NCBI GenBank assembly: GCA_030688545.1
Contig: JAUYHT010000008.1
Span: forward strand, 90,001 to 122,000
Source of the DNA: Candidatus Iainarchaeum sp.
Lineage (GTDB): Archaea > Iainarchaeota > Iainarchaeia > Iainarchaeales > VGJJ01
Direction: 5' to 3'
DNA length: 32,000 nt
This document shows positions 9,012-17,236 of this stretch, in pieces (the first letter of the stretch is position 1; each line of letters opens with the position of its first letter). The notes beneath the pieces are model-generated. The model searched no databases, had not been told where the DNA came from, and saw nothing but the letters and a program-made list of their open reading frames with translations. Position numbers and translations under genes: made by a program.

Positions 9012-11368
9012 ACGGGGGTCCCGCCCCCTAATGGTTTGAGCAGGGGGATGGTAATCCCATCCTCATCCTTCTCCCTCTGCAACACATACAAAGATCCGGT
9101 CGCCGCCTTCTCTATTTCCGGAGCATGGGTGATGACAAATACCTGATCCACCAGTAATGGGAGTCGCTCCCGCAGCATCATGGCCAGCATGTTCACGGAT
9201 TTAGAATCCAGATTGTGCGTGGGCTCGTCTAAAATAACCCAACTCAATTGCCGCGTGAGCACGAAAGCCAAGGCCATGCGTAATGCCAGCGCGGCCGCGC
9301 TCCGCTCGCCCCCCGACAAAGCGGATTCTGCCGCCACCCAATTCCCCGACCGCTCCTGGAGCATGAGCACATAATCACTGTCCTCGATCTTCAATCGCGC
9401 GGTACGGAAATCCTGATAGGGGTACACTGAGGGCCACATCTCATCCAAAGCCGCATTAATGGCCTCCACCACGGACGTACGCAACTGTTCCTGCGTCACC
9501 TGCAACGCATGAGAGAAAATCCCCAACTGTTCCGTGATTTCCCCCGCGCGGGCGATACGAACCCTCACTTTTTCCTGTTCGCCCATCACCTTTTCCGCAT
9601 CCCTCACACGCCCTTCTAACTCTTCCACCATCCTGAAAATCCAATCCTTTTCCTTTCGGGCGTTCCCCCATTCATTCTGGATTATGGATAATGCTTTATG
9701 CGCCTCCACCACCTCATCCTGTTCCACGGCGATAGCTTCCGCCTGTTTCTTTAGGTCATCCATCTCCACACCCAATTTTCCCAACTCGACCACGGATGTA
9801 TGATTTTGCACGGCTTTCTCTAACTCCAGGACCTGCGTCCGCCATCCCTCCAATGCCTCATTTGAAATGGGGGGACCCATTGCCTCCACTTGCTTCTGAG
9901 CGGCTTCCCATTCAATAGTGGCCCGCCCCATTTCTTCTTCCGTTTTGATCAGATCGGCTTCTTTGCTGAGAAGAATATCCAACCGCCCCACATGGGATTG
10001 CAAACCCTTCATCACGGCATCCACCCCCGACATGTCCTTCCGAAGGTGTTCCTGCTCTTTCTCACTCGCCTCCAGTTCCTGCGCCAGTCCCGCCCGCCTT
10101 CCCACGATGTCCGCCAATAGCTGTTTCTTGTGCCCCTCCTCCATTTCCCGCTTGCACGTAGGGCATTGGGCATGAAGAGCTGCTAAACCTTTCTCTTCGT
10201 CCTCCAGGAAATGCATCCGCTCCTGGAGCACCTTGATCTTTGAATGGGCATTCTGGAGGGCTTGTTGAGCATGTTGCTGGCGCATCTCCAGATCATGCCT
10301 CTGTCCCATAATTTGGGTATGCTCCCCCCGCCATTCGGAAAATGTTTTCCCACTCAAAAATGAATGTGCCTCTCTAATCCTATTCTGCAGAAAATCGACC
10401 TTCTGCGCGGCCTTCACCATAACCTGTTCGCGCTGCCGATACAATTCTTGGGCGGCCAAGGCCGCGGTGGCTTGTTTGGATAAACCTTCTTTCGACTCCA
10501 GCAACAATGGCAATGCCTTCCCCGCCCACTGGGGATACGCGGACTCGAACGCGGCCACCTGCTCGCGTAGCATCTCCTGACGCGCTCGCTTCTTTTGGAG
10601 GATGTGATTCAAGGCTTGCGTCCGCTCCCATTTTATTTCCAATTCCTTTACCCGTTTTTCCTCACTCGCCACTTTCTCCCTGAAACCTGATTCCTTTTCC
10701 TCCCATTCCCGCATGGAGGACTGGTGCGCGCTGATCTTGAGACGCAGCGCATTCACATCCACCTCCTCCAGCATTCTGGAAAACTGCTCCAGGGAACGCT
10801 GATGACCCTCCATGCCCTTCCTGAAATGAGATACCACCGCATGGGCATTCATCCTCACCGTTTCATATTTCTGGAGGTCCAACAGCTCATCGAACTTCCT
10901 CTTCCTATCCCCCGGGTTCATCTTGAGGAAATAGTCCAGTTGGTTCTGCTCCGAATACACCGCGCGGGTAAACAATTCATACGAAACATCCAACTCCTTC
11001 TCGATACGCTCAGTGACTTGCGTGGGCTTGGGACCCGCGATCAAAGTCTCATTGGCCCACAACCTCGCCTCATTCGAGCCCGTGCGCTTAAGGAGACGCT
11101 CCACCTTGTAGGCTTTTCCATTAACCGAAAAACAGACTTCCACCCGCGCCTCGTCCATGGGAACAGGCTTACGCATCAGCACATCCTCCCCATTCAGGCG
11201 ATTGGATTTTAAGGCAGGAAATGTGCCGAACAACCCATAACACAACCCATCCGTCACACTGGTCTTCCCCGACCCGATGACTCCCACCAGGACATTGGTG
11301 CCCTTCCTAAACTTTAATGTAGACTCCTTGTGGGTGCGCCAGTTCTCTAAGGTAATGGAATCAATCAT
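9005..11368 (-). CDS. rad50: Rad50 (SMC-like DNA double-strand break repair ATPase)
   Basis: Walker A is VGVIGSGKTS. A long coiled coil carries the zinc hook CPTC (LHAQCPTCKRE). The signature motif is LSGGERSAAALALRMAL, Walker B is WVILDEPTHNLD and the H-loop is VITHAPE. The gene is convergent with rps17e and overlaps it by 7 nt. Confidence 0.9.
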   Translation of the reverse strand: MIDSITLENWRTHKESTLKFRKGTNVLVGVIGSGKTSVTDGLCYGLFGTFPALKSNRLNGEDVLMRKPVPMDEARVEVCFSVNGKAYKVERLLKRTGSNEARLWANETLIAGPKPTQVTERIEKELDVSYELFTRAVYSEQNQLDYFLKMNPGDRKRKFDELLDLQKYETVRMNAHAVVSHFRKGMEGHQRSLEQFSRMLEEVDVNALRLKISAHQSSMREWEEKESGFREKVASEEKRVKELEIKWERTQALNHILQKKRARQEMLREQVAAFESAYPQWAGKALPLLLESKEGLSKQATAALAAQELYRQREQVMVKAAQKVDFLQNRIREAHSFLSGKTFSEWRGEHTQIMGQRHDLEMRQQHAQQALQNAHSKIKVLQERMHFLEDEEKGLAALHAQCPTCKREMEEGHKKQLLADIVGRRAGLAQELEASEKEQEHLRKDMSGVDAVMKGLQSHVGRLDILLSKEADLIKTEEEMGRATIEWEAAQKQVEAMGPPISNEALEGWRTQVLELEKAVQNHTSVVELGKLGVEMDDLKKQAEAIAVEQDEVVEAHKALSIIQNEWGNARKEKDWIFRMVEELEGRVRDAEKVMGEQEKVRVRIARAGEITEQLGIFSHALQVTQEQLRTSVVEAINAALDEMWPSVYPYQDFRTARLKIEDSDYVLMLQERSGNWVAAESALSGGERSAAALALRMALAFVLTRQLSWVILDEPTHNLDSKSVNMLAMMLRERLPLLVDQVFVITHAPEIEKAATGSLYVLQREKDEDGITIPLLKPLGGGTPVH

Positions 11369-11392
11369 GCATTAGCACTACGGCCCTTCAGG

Positions 11393-11399
11393 ATTAATA
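11393..11399 (-). promoter_or_regulatory. TATA-like box (plus-strand ATTAATA) for rad50
   Basis: It lies 25-31 nt upstream of the minus-strand ATG at 11368. Confidence 0.4.
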
Positions 11400-11491
11400 G
11401 GTACCGGAACCTATGGCGTTTTCCCAAAAATAGCTTTAAAAGGCCAATGAATCTTATATTATCATTAAACAATTTTAATTAATGATTGTAT

Positions 11492-12646
11492 ATGACCAAC
11501 CCTTACGACCCACAAAACCCAGCCAAACCCGATTATTTTGGTGGACGCAAGCACATCCTTGAAATGGCCATCCAACGCATCGAAAAAGCATTGATGCAAC
11601 GCCAATCGGGAGGAATCATGGTGTATGGTCACCGGGGAGTTGGGAAAACATCGCTCGTCCATAAAATAATGAACCTAACCGATAAACAAACTAATAATGA
11701 AGCCATCACTATATACCGTCGCCTTGGAAAAACGATTTCGGACACGGAGCTATATCAGATTCTAACCGAAGAACTCATCGAAAAAATTGATTATAGAAAA
11801 AATCTCATCGACAGGACAAAGGATGCCGCAAAGAAACTAAAATCGATAAAAGCCTATGACATCGAGTTTGCAATTACAAAGGAATTCAAACAGAAAAGTC
11901 CCTTTCACCAGTGGCGCGCGCTAATCCGCGACATCAAGAATGTCCCTTTTATTCTCATCGCAATTGACGATGCCGATCAGCTATCGCATGAAGCATTAGG
12001 AGAATTGAAAACGATCATAGAAGATCAGAAGAACACTCCGGTTTTATTGCTTATCTCTGGAGGGATTGAATTCGAAAATAAATTAGTGGACGATTATTCC
12101 CCTATCGCGAGAGCCTTTTCCGGCGCTGCTTTCAATCTAAGCGAATTCATTCTAGAAGAAACAAAGGAGGCACTTGAAAAACCAGTGCTTGGAACCACCA
12201 CAAAATGGGACGTTGAAGCCATCCACGAGGTACAAGAATTATCTCGCGGTTACCCTTATCTTGTCCAATGCATTGCCAGTGCGAGCCATTTGGATAGCGG
12301 GATTATCACCCGAAAGCGCGTGATCGAAAAAATCGATGCCGCATTGAAACTAGGAAGCCCGTGGTTGAATCACGAACTTCAAAAAGCTTCAGATCATGAC
12401 ATAAATTGTTTTCTGCGAATAGTTGATTTAGATAAGGACATTTTCAAAAGTAATGAGATGACAAAAGTAGGAATTCAACCAGTATATATCAGCCGACTCA
12501 TCAATCTAGGAGTAATCGAACAGATAAACCGCGGGAGATACCGCTTATTGAAGCCACCCATCGTTGCCTTCTACCATAGTCTCAAACGAGGATTAATCCC
12601 ATCTATAAATAGAAAAGGAATGCAGGGGAAACTACCGACCAGTTAA
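11492..12646 (+). CDS. archaeal-type AAA+ ATPase with C-terminal winged-helix-like region
   Basis: The track ORF starts at the TTG at 11486; an ATG follows at 11492. Walker A is VYGHRGVGKTSL and Walker B is FILIAIDDADQL. The N-terminal YFGGRKHILE resembles the F.GRe.EL opening of Arch_ATPase-type proteins. The C-terminus is RGRYRLLKPPIVAFY. Confidence 0.65.
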   Translation: MTNPYDPQNPAKPDYFGGRKHILEMAIQRIEKALMQRQSGGIMVYGHRGVGKTSLVHKIMNLTDKQTNNEAITIYRRLGKTISDTELYQILTEELIEKIDYRKNLIDRTKDAAKKLKSIKAYDIEFAITKEFKQKSPFHQWRALIRDIKNVPFILIAIDDADQLSHEALGELKTIIEDQKNTPVLLLISGGIEFENKLVDDYSPIARAFSGAAFNLSEFILEETKEALEKPVLGTTTKWDVEAIHEVQELSRGYPYLVQCIASASHLDSGIITRKRVIEKIDAALKLGSPWLNHELQKASDHDINCFLRIVDLDKDIFKSNEMTKVGIQPVYISRLINLGVIEQINRGRYRLLKPPIVAFYHSLKRGLIPSINRKGMQGKLPTS

Positions 12647-12903
12647 ACCAGGGTCATGCCTTCCACTTCAGCGTTCTCCACCGAGGGAAGGGATTCGATT
12701 TCTTTAGTGAGGGCTTCCAAGGCCCCATCCTGCTTCTCGGGAATCAGGTACCCGACTTTCAACACGATGATTCCAAAGCCCACTTCCACCCGTTGAACGT
12801 CCTTGAAATCCCCATTGGCCACGGCCTTCAATTCCTTCTCCGTGACCTCTAATTGTTCCAAATCCTTAGGATTCACCTTGTAAATGACAAACGTCTTACC
12901 CAT
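12643..12903 (-). CDS. ef1b: translation elongation factor aEF-1 beta
   Basis: The 86-aa product has VEVGFGIIVLKVGYLIPEKQDGALEALTKEIESLPSVENAEVEGMTLV. Size and the FG..(L/V)K..E.G..D/E...L....V..(A/V)EV pattern are typical of archaeal EF-1beta. Confidence 0.8.
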   Translation of the reverse strand: MGKTFVIYKVNPKDLEQLEVTEKELKAVANGDFKDVQRVEVGFGIIVLKVGYLIPEKQDGALEALTKEIESLPSVENAEVEGMTLV

Positions 12904-12915
12904 ATGGAAATCTCC

Positions 12916-13080
12916 CTACGGACCCACGAATTCGCCCTCTTTGCAGGCGAAAGAACGCACGGTTTCCCGACACCGCTGACAGCGAACAATCTTTTCCTTT
13001 TCATGCACGGGGCACCGGAATTCGATATAATTCCCCATCACCTGGGTGTTGCAGGACGAACAGATCTTCATAGAACTCAT
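12916..13080 (-). CDS. small Zn-ribbon protein (the translation-associated Zn-ribbon usually found upstream of aEF-1beta)
   Basis: At 54 aa this is below the track cut-off. Hand translation gives MSSMKICSSCNTQVMGNYIEFRCPVHEKEKIVRCQRCRETVRSFACKEGEFVGP*, with CxxC...C.....CxxC...C cysteines. The stop lies 12 nt before the EF-1beta start. Confidence 0.7.
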   Translation of the reverse strand: MSSMKICSSCNTQVMGNYIEFRCPVHEKEKIVRCQRCRETVRSFACKEGEFVGP

Positions 13081-13184
13081 GCCCTCCCCAACGTTTAAAA
13101 ACGGAACTCAGCCCCTGGGCCTCCACTTGGGGGCGGGGTTGGTTTAATACCCCTTCTCCTTCTGGATACTGAAAGGAAACGGCT

Positions 13185-13259
13185 GGCCCCGTAGCTTAGT
13201 CTGGATAGAGTGTCGGGCTTCGGACCCGAAGGTCGGGGGTTCAAATCCCTCCGGGGTCG
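13185..13259 (+). tRNA. tRNA-Arg (anticodon TCG)
   Basis: Hand-folded cloverleaf:
- acceptor stem GGCCCCG / CGGGGTC (one G-U pair);
- D arm GCTT-AGTCTGGATA-GAGT;
- anticodon stem TCGGG/CCCGA with loop C-T-TCG-G-A;
- 5-nt variable loop AGGTC;
- T arm GGGGG-TTCAAAT-CCCTC;
- discriminator G.
No CCA is encoded. Confidence 0.85.
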
Positions 13260-13324
13260 CTAAATCGTAAAGTCAACGTGCGCTAAAAGTCTTTTTAGGG
13301 AGCAACCGCACGCAGATGATATGA

Positions 13325-14704
13325 ATGCCCCCAAAACCAACCGACAATAGCATACACGGATACCACGAAAAATATCACAGAGTCCTCTATCAACTCTTTC
13401 CCGACAAATTCCCAAGACCTATTCCAAAGAGAGAAGGCGTATCCAAACAGATAGAACCCTTTCAGATCAATTTGATCAACAAGAAAGTTCTATATGATCT
13501 ATACTTGTTTCAAGAAGCATCCGACCAAACAGGGGTTGCTCGACGATGGACACTCTTACGGCTCCTATCCAAAATCAGTCTCCTGCTAGAAGAGACTGAC
13601 GGGTTTTCAGGGGACTTACCTGAAAGGACATTCCAAAACATGCTCTCGCATGAAAAAGGAAAAGAAATTGTCCTGCAACTCGCCAACAAAGTACGAAGAC
13701 AAACACAATGGAACCGAACAACCGAAAACTTTCATCTTCGTGCACTCAAACAGCTCCTTCGACACATGAATGGAGGCGATTCCACTCCACACTGCATCTC
13801 ATGGCTTAAGTTCAAACGAAAAAAGAATGATTCGGGAGAAGATCCAAGCAAGGCACCCAAATTGATTAAACGAGAAGACATTATCACCGAACCAGAAATG
13901 GCAAAACTCTATGAGAATGCTTCGCACACCATGATTAAATGTGCACTCGCCTGCTTATGGGAAGGATTACGTGCCTCCGAATTATTGAATTTGAGAAAAA
14001 AGAGCGTTACCTTCGAAGAAAATACGGTCAACCTTTCAGTCCAAGGAAAGACGGGCTCTCGAATCGTAAAATCAGCGACAGGTGCACGATACATTCGTGA
14101 TTGGTTAAGCCAACATCCAGATCCTTCCCCCGATTCGTGGCTCTTTGTGATCGTTTCAAACAAAAATAAGGGTCAACGTTACGGATATTTTCCATTGGGA
14201 AAAGAAATTCACAACACGCTTCGTCGAGCTGGCATCATCAAGCGCGGAAATTTGCACGTGTTCAGGCATTCACGTGTCGTTGACATGCTTCTCAAAGGAT
14301 ATTCCCCCGCTATTATCCAAAAAGTGATGGGATGGTCAAGCTTAGATATGCTCCAAACCTATGGCCATCTTGTCGATGTGGACGCTCACAATGAAGTTTT
14401 ACGAATTGAATTAGGAGGAAAACCAAGAGAAGCAAAGCCTTCCATTTTATCCGCCAGAGTTTGCCTCATTTGCTCAAAAGAAAACGATTTGAGTGCAGAT
14501 AGCTGCGTGAGATGTTCCAATGCTCTAACCGACAAGGGCCTTGTCGAAAAGAACCGAGAATACCACGAGCTAAAAGACAAAGTTCAGGAACTCCAAGAAA
14601 GCATGAGTCTTCTAACTGCTTGGATGAAACGATTTGGCAAAAGTGAGCCATCTCCAAGAGAAGCCAAGGAATTTCACGACGAATGGATAAAAACTATTGA
14701 ATAA
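13325..14704 (+). CDS. tyrosine recombinase / integrase with C-terminal Zn-ribbon
   Basis: Arg in GLRASELLNL, the H-x-x-R box HVFRHSRVVDML and the nucleophile region MLQTYGHL are all present. The C-terminus adds a CLICSKEN...CVRCSN CxxC-CxxC ribbon and a coiled tail. The gene lies next to the tRNA. Confidence 0.85.
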   Translation: MPPKPTDNSIHGYHEKYHRVLYQLFPDKFPRPIPKREGVSKQIEPFQINLINKKVLYDLYLFQEASDQTGVARRWTLLRLLSKISLLLEETDGFSGDLPERTFQNMLSHEKGKEIVLQLANKVRRQTQWNRTTENFHLRALKQLLRHMNGGDSTPHCISWLKFKRKKNDSGEDPSKAPKLIKREDIITEPEMAKLYENASHTMIKCALACLWEGLRASELLNLRKKSVTFEENTVNLSVQGKTGSRIVKSATGARYIRDWLSQHPDPSPDSWLFVIVSNKNKGQRYGYFPLGKEIHNTLRRAGIIKRGNLHVFRHSRVVDMLLKGYSPAIIQKVMGWSSLDMLQTYGHLVDVDAHNEVLRIELGGKPREAKPSILSARVCLICSKENDLSADSCVRCSNALTDKGLVEKNREYHELKDKVQELQESMSLLTAWMKRFGKSEPSPREAKEFHDEWIKTIE

Positions 14705-14786
14705 AAATATTCAACAGAGCCGGACCTGTTGAAAAATAAGGCCTTTTAGAATCGAGATTAAAACAGGTTTGTGAACTATAGATAGT

Positions 14787-15236
14787 ATGGTTAATGCTCC
14801 TCCGCTTCGACATGTAGTGAGACAACACTTAGATTCAAGGGTTTTGTTACGACTGCGTCTTTTTTTGTTGATTATAGTGGTTATGGCTGGCATTGTTGTG
14901 TATGATATTTACTTGGGTGTTTCCGAACTTGTTTTTTTCATCCCCATACTTATCATTGGATTTGGGGTGGGACTGTTTAGCAGTCGCATGACCAAATTAA
15001 GCTGGAACAAAGAAAAGGGAAAAGTCGTGGGGCAGATGGACGCAATAGGAATTGTCGTATTGGTGGTTTATATTGGGATAGAGGCAAGTCGGGAATGGAT
15101 TCTTAGTCAATGGGTTGAGGGTCTTCTTTTGAGCGCATTGGGATTTGCCTTTATTGGCGCGGCCATGGCCGGACGCTTTTATCAAATGCGGATAAACATT
15201 TTGAAGATTCTCACAGGGGAACAGAAACTAAATTAG
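14787..15236 (+). CDS. small integral membrane protein (about 4 TM segments)
   Basis: Hydrophobic stretches: LFLLIIVVMAGIVVY, LVFFIPILIIGFGVGLF, AIGIVVLVVYIGI and LLLSALGFAFIGAAMAG. Confidence 0.55.
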   Translation: MVNAPPLRHVVRQHLDSRVLLRLRLFLLIIVVMAGIVVYDIYLGVSELVFFIPILIIGFGVGLFSSRMTKLSWNKEKGKVVGQMDAIGIVVLVVYIGIEASREWILSQWVEGLLLSALGFAFIGAAMAGRFYQMRINILKILTGEQKLN

Positions 15237-15302
15237 CATATTCAGTGCCCTGAGACATCGGCATTAAAAATATTAGATGCCCGATATTTGCGAGGTGGTA
15301 GC

Positions 15303-15938
15303 ATGAGAATTGCATTATTTGGCGCAACAGGGAAAACAGGAATGAACATTGTTCGGCAGGCGCTCGAAATGGGCCATGAAGTAAAAGCCTTTGTCTGAAA
15401 TCCCGCGAAGATGACTATTCAAGATGACAAACTTTCATTGGTTGAAGGTAACGTTGTAGATTCGAAAGCAGTAGAGCAAGCGGTTGAAGGGAGTGATTTG
15501 GTTATTTCTGCTCTCGGTCCGACCCCTGATGCGAATGAGATGATTCTGGCAAAAGGAACGGAGAATATCATAAACGCGATGAAAAAAAACGATGTAAAAA
15601 GGTTGATTGTAGAGAGTTCGTGCCCTCTGTCTGGATCACCTGAAGGGATGGCTTTTCTGAAAGGATTTGGTATGACCGATGATAAGATAGCATCAGTCAG
15701 ACCCATGATTGACGACAAAATTAGACAAGAGACCATTGTTAGGAAAAGCGGATTAGACTGGACAATCGTTCGACCATTAGCTCTAACAGACGGACCAAAA
15801 ACCGGTACGTATCGTGCAGGAGAAACACTAAATATCAAGCAAACGGATAACATCTCGCGAGCAGACGTCGCGGACTTCATGCTAAAAAGTGCAAAAGACA
15901 ATAAGTGGGTAGGTAAGATAGTTGTGGTTGCATATTGA
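15303..15938 (+). pseudogene. NmrA/BVR-B-like NAD(P)-binding Rossmann protein interrupted by one in-frame TGA
   Basis: The ATG at 15303 gives MRIALFGATGKTGMNIVRQALEMGHEVKAFV, followed by TGA at 15396-15398. The same frame continues NPAKMTIQDDKLSLVEGNVVDSKAVEQAV... into track ORF 15411..15938. GATGKTG is the dinucleotide-binding loop. Family members normally read ...V-R-N/D-P..K at this point, so CGA>TGA is the simplest change. A GAGGTG SD-like sequence lies 5 nt before the ATG. Confidence 0.75.
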
Positions 15939-15958
15939 TACGAAAAAATAATATTTCC

Positions 15959-17233
15959 TTATTCGTATCGCAGCGCTTCAATGGGTCTTAACCGTGATGC
16001 ATTCATTGCGGGAACGAGACCTGCAATGATTCCGATGATCGTTGATAGAGTGATTGCAATAATAATTAATTCGGGTGAAACAAATATAGTGGATCCCTGT
16101 CCCCCCGGTACTGATAAGAGGCCGGTACTCGATACGCCCACCGAAGCGAGTGTGCCTAAAATGACTCCAATAATTCCCCCTACTAATCCAAATAATCCCG
16201 ATTCCATTACAAAAAGAGTTAGTATTTCATTGTTGGTCGAACCCAATGCTTTTAGGATCCCAATTTCTTTCGTTTTTTCCAGGACGGAAGTAAACATACT
16301 ATTGGCCACACCCAACGCTCCCACGATCAATGAGATGGCGGCAATGGCGCCTAGGAATAGGGTGAGTGTTCCAGTGATAGCACTTACTTGCTCCTGAAGT
16401 GCTTGCGAAGAGGTAACCGTAAAATCTTGATTTCGTTCCGTCACTCTTCGAGATATTTGTAAGGAGGCAGTAAGGTCATTTACCGTTTGATCAACCTGTT
16501 CGGAGTCCGAAACTTTTGCTTGAATGCTCGTATACGTATCGCGATTAACATCATCCGACAATACATTCCATGCTCCATTCAAGGTGGTATAAACAGTTGA
16601 ATCGCCCTGTCCAAATCCACTTCCGGACGGCGAAAGAATTCCCACCACCGTGAAGGGCTTTCCTTCTAACGTGATAGTCCTCCCCAATGTAATGGGTTGC
16701 TTGAACACAGTAGTAGCAACGTTCGTTCCAATCACTACCCCGACAGAATCACTCGGCGTAAGAAAACGGCCAGCGGACAAAGTTAGATTGGACGTCTGAG
16801 TCCACGTGACAGGATTAACACCCTGAAGACTCACATTAGTCGTTTCACCCAGAAAAATAATTTCGGCTCGTCCAGAAACGATTTCAGTGACAGCCGTAAC
16901 ATAGGGATGAGTGTCAATAATGATGGCATCTTTCTTGGTAAGCGTGGGCGCCTCGTCCGTGGAAGCAGTAGTTGTCATACTGACTCCCCCGCCTCCTCCC
17001 CGAAAACCACCACCAAATCCTTGTGCACGGCTGAAGCCCGGAGTAACCGTAATAATATCGGCTCCAAAACTGGAAAGTTGTTGGGTTACACTCGCTTGCG
17101 CCCCTTCTCCGATGGAGATGATTGCCACTACTGCCGCCACTCCAATAATGATTCCCAACAAGGTAAGCCAGGATCGAAGCCGACGATGGACAATACTGTT
17201 TAGCGAGAGCGCAAAGGAATCCGCAACTTTCAT
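15959..17233 (-). CDS. ABC transporter permease, MacB/FtsX family
   Basis: The 424-aa product has an N-terminal TM helix, a large extracytoplasmic domain and a C-terminal FtsX-like 3-TM bundle (ALGVANSMFTSVLEKTKEIGILKALGSTNNEILTLF...). A GGAGGT SD lies 6 nt upstream of the ATG. Confidence 0.85.
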   Translation of the reverse strand: MKVADSFALSLNSIVHRRLRSWLTLLGIIIGVAAVVAIISIGEGAQASVTQQLSSFGADIITVTPGFSRAQGFGGGFRGGGGGVSMTTTASTDEAPTLTKKDAIIIDTHPYVTAVTEIVSGRAEIIFLGETTNVSLQGVNPVTWTQTSNLTLSAGRFLTPSDSVGVVIGTNVATTVFKQPITLGRTITLEGKPFTVVGILSPSGSGFGQGDSTVYTTLNGAWNVLSDDVNRDTYTSIQAKVSDSEQVDQTVNDLTASLQISRRVTERNQDFTVTSSQALQEQVSAITGTLTLFLGAIAAISLIVGALGVANSMFTSVLEKTKEIGILKALGSTNNEILTLFVMESGLFGLVGGIIGVILGTLASVGVSSTGLLSVPGGQGSTIFVSPELIIIAITLSTIIGIIAGLVPAMNASRLRPIEALRYE

Positions 17234-17236
17234 ACC

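Noticed and set aside
15396-15398. TGA reassignment (alternative genetic code) as an explanation of the in-frame TGA
   Set aside because: TGA terminates several normal-length genes in both the host part (nurA, herA, rpoK) and the island (for example the ATGA junctions at 21436, 21784 and 21921). It is therefore a functional stop in this genome.
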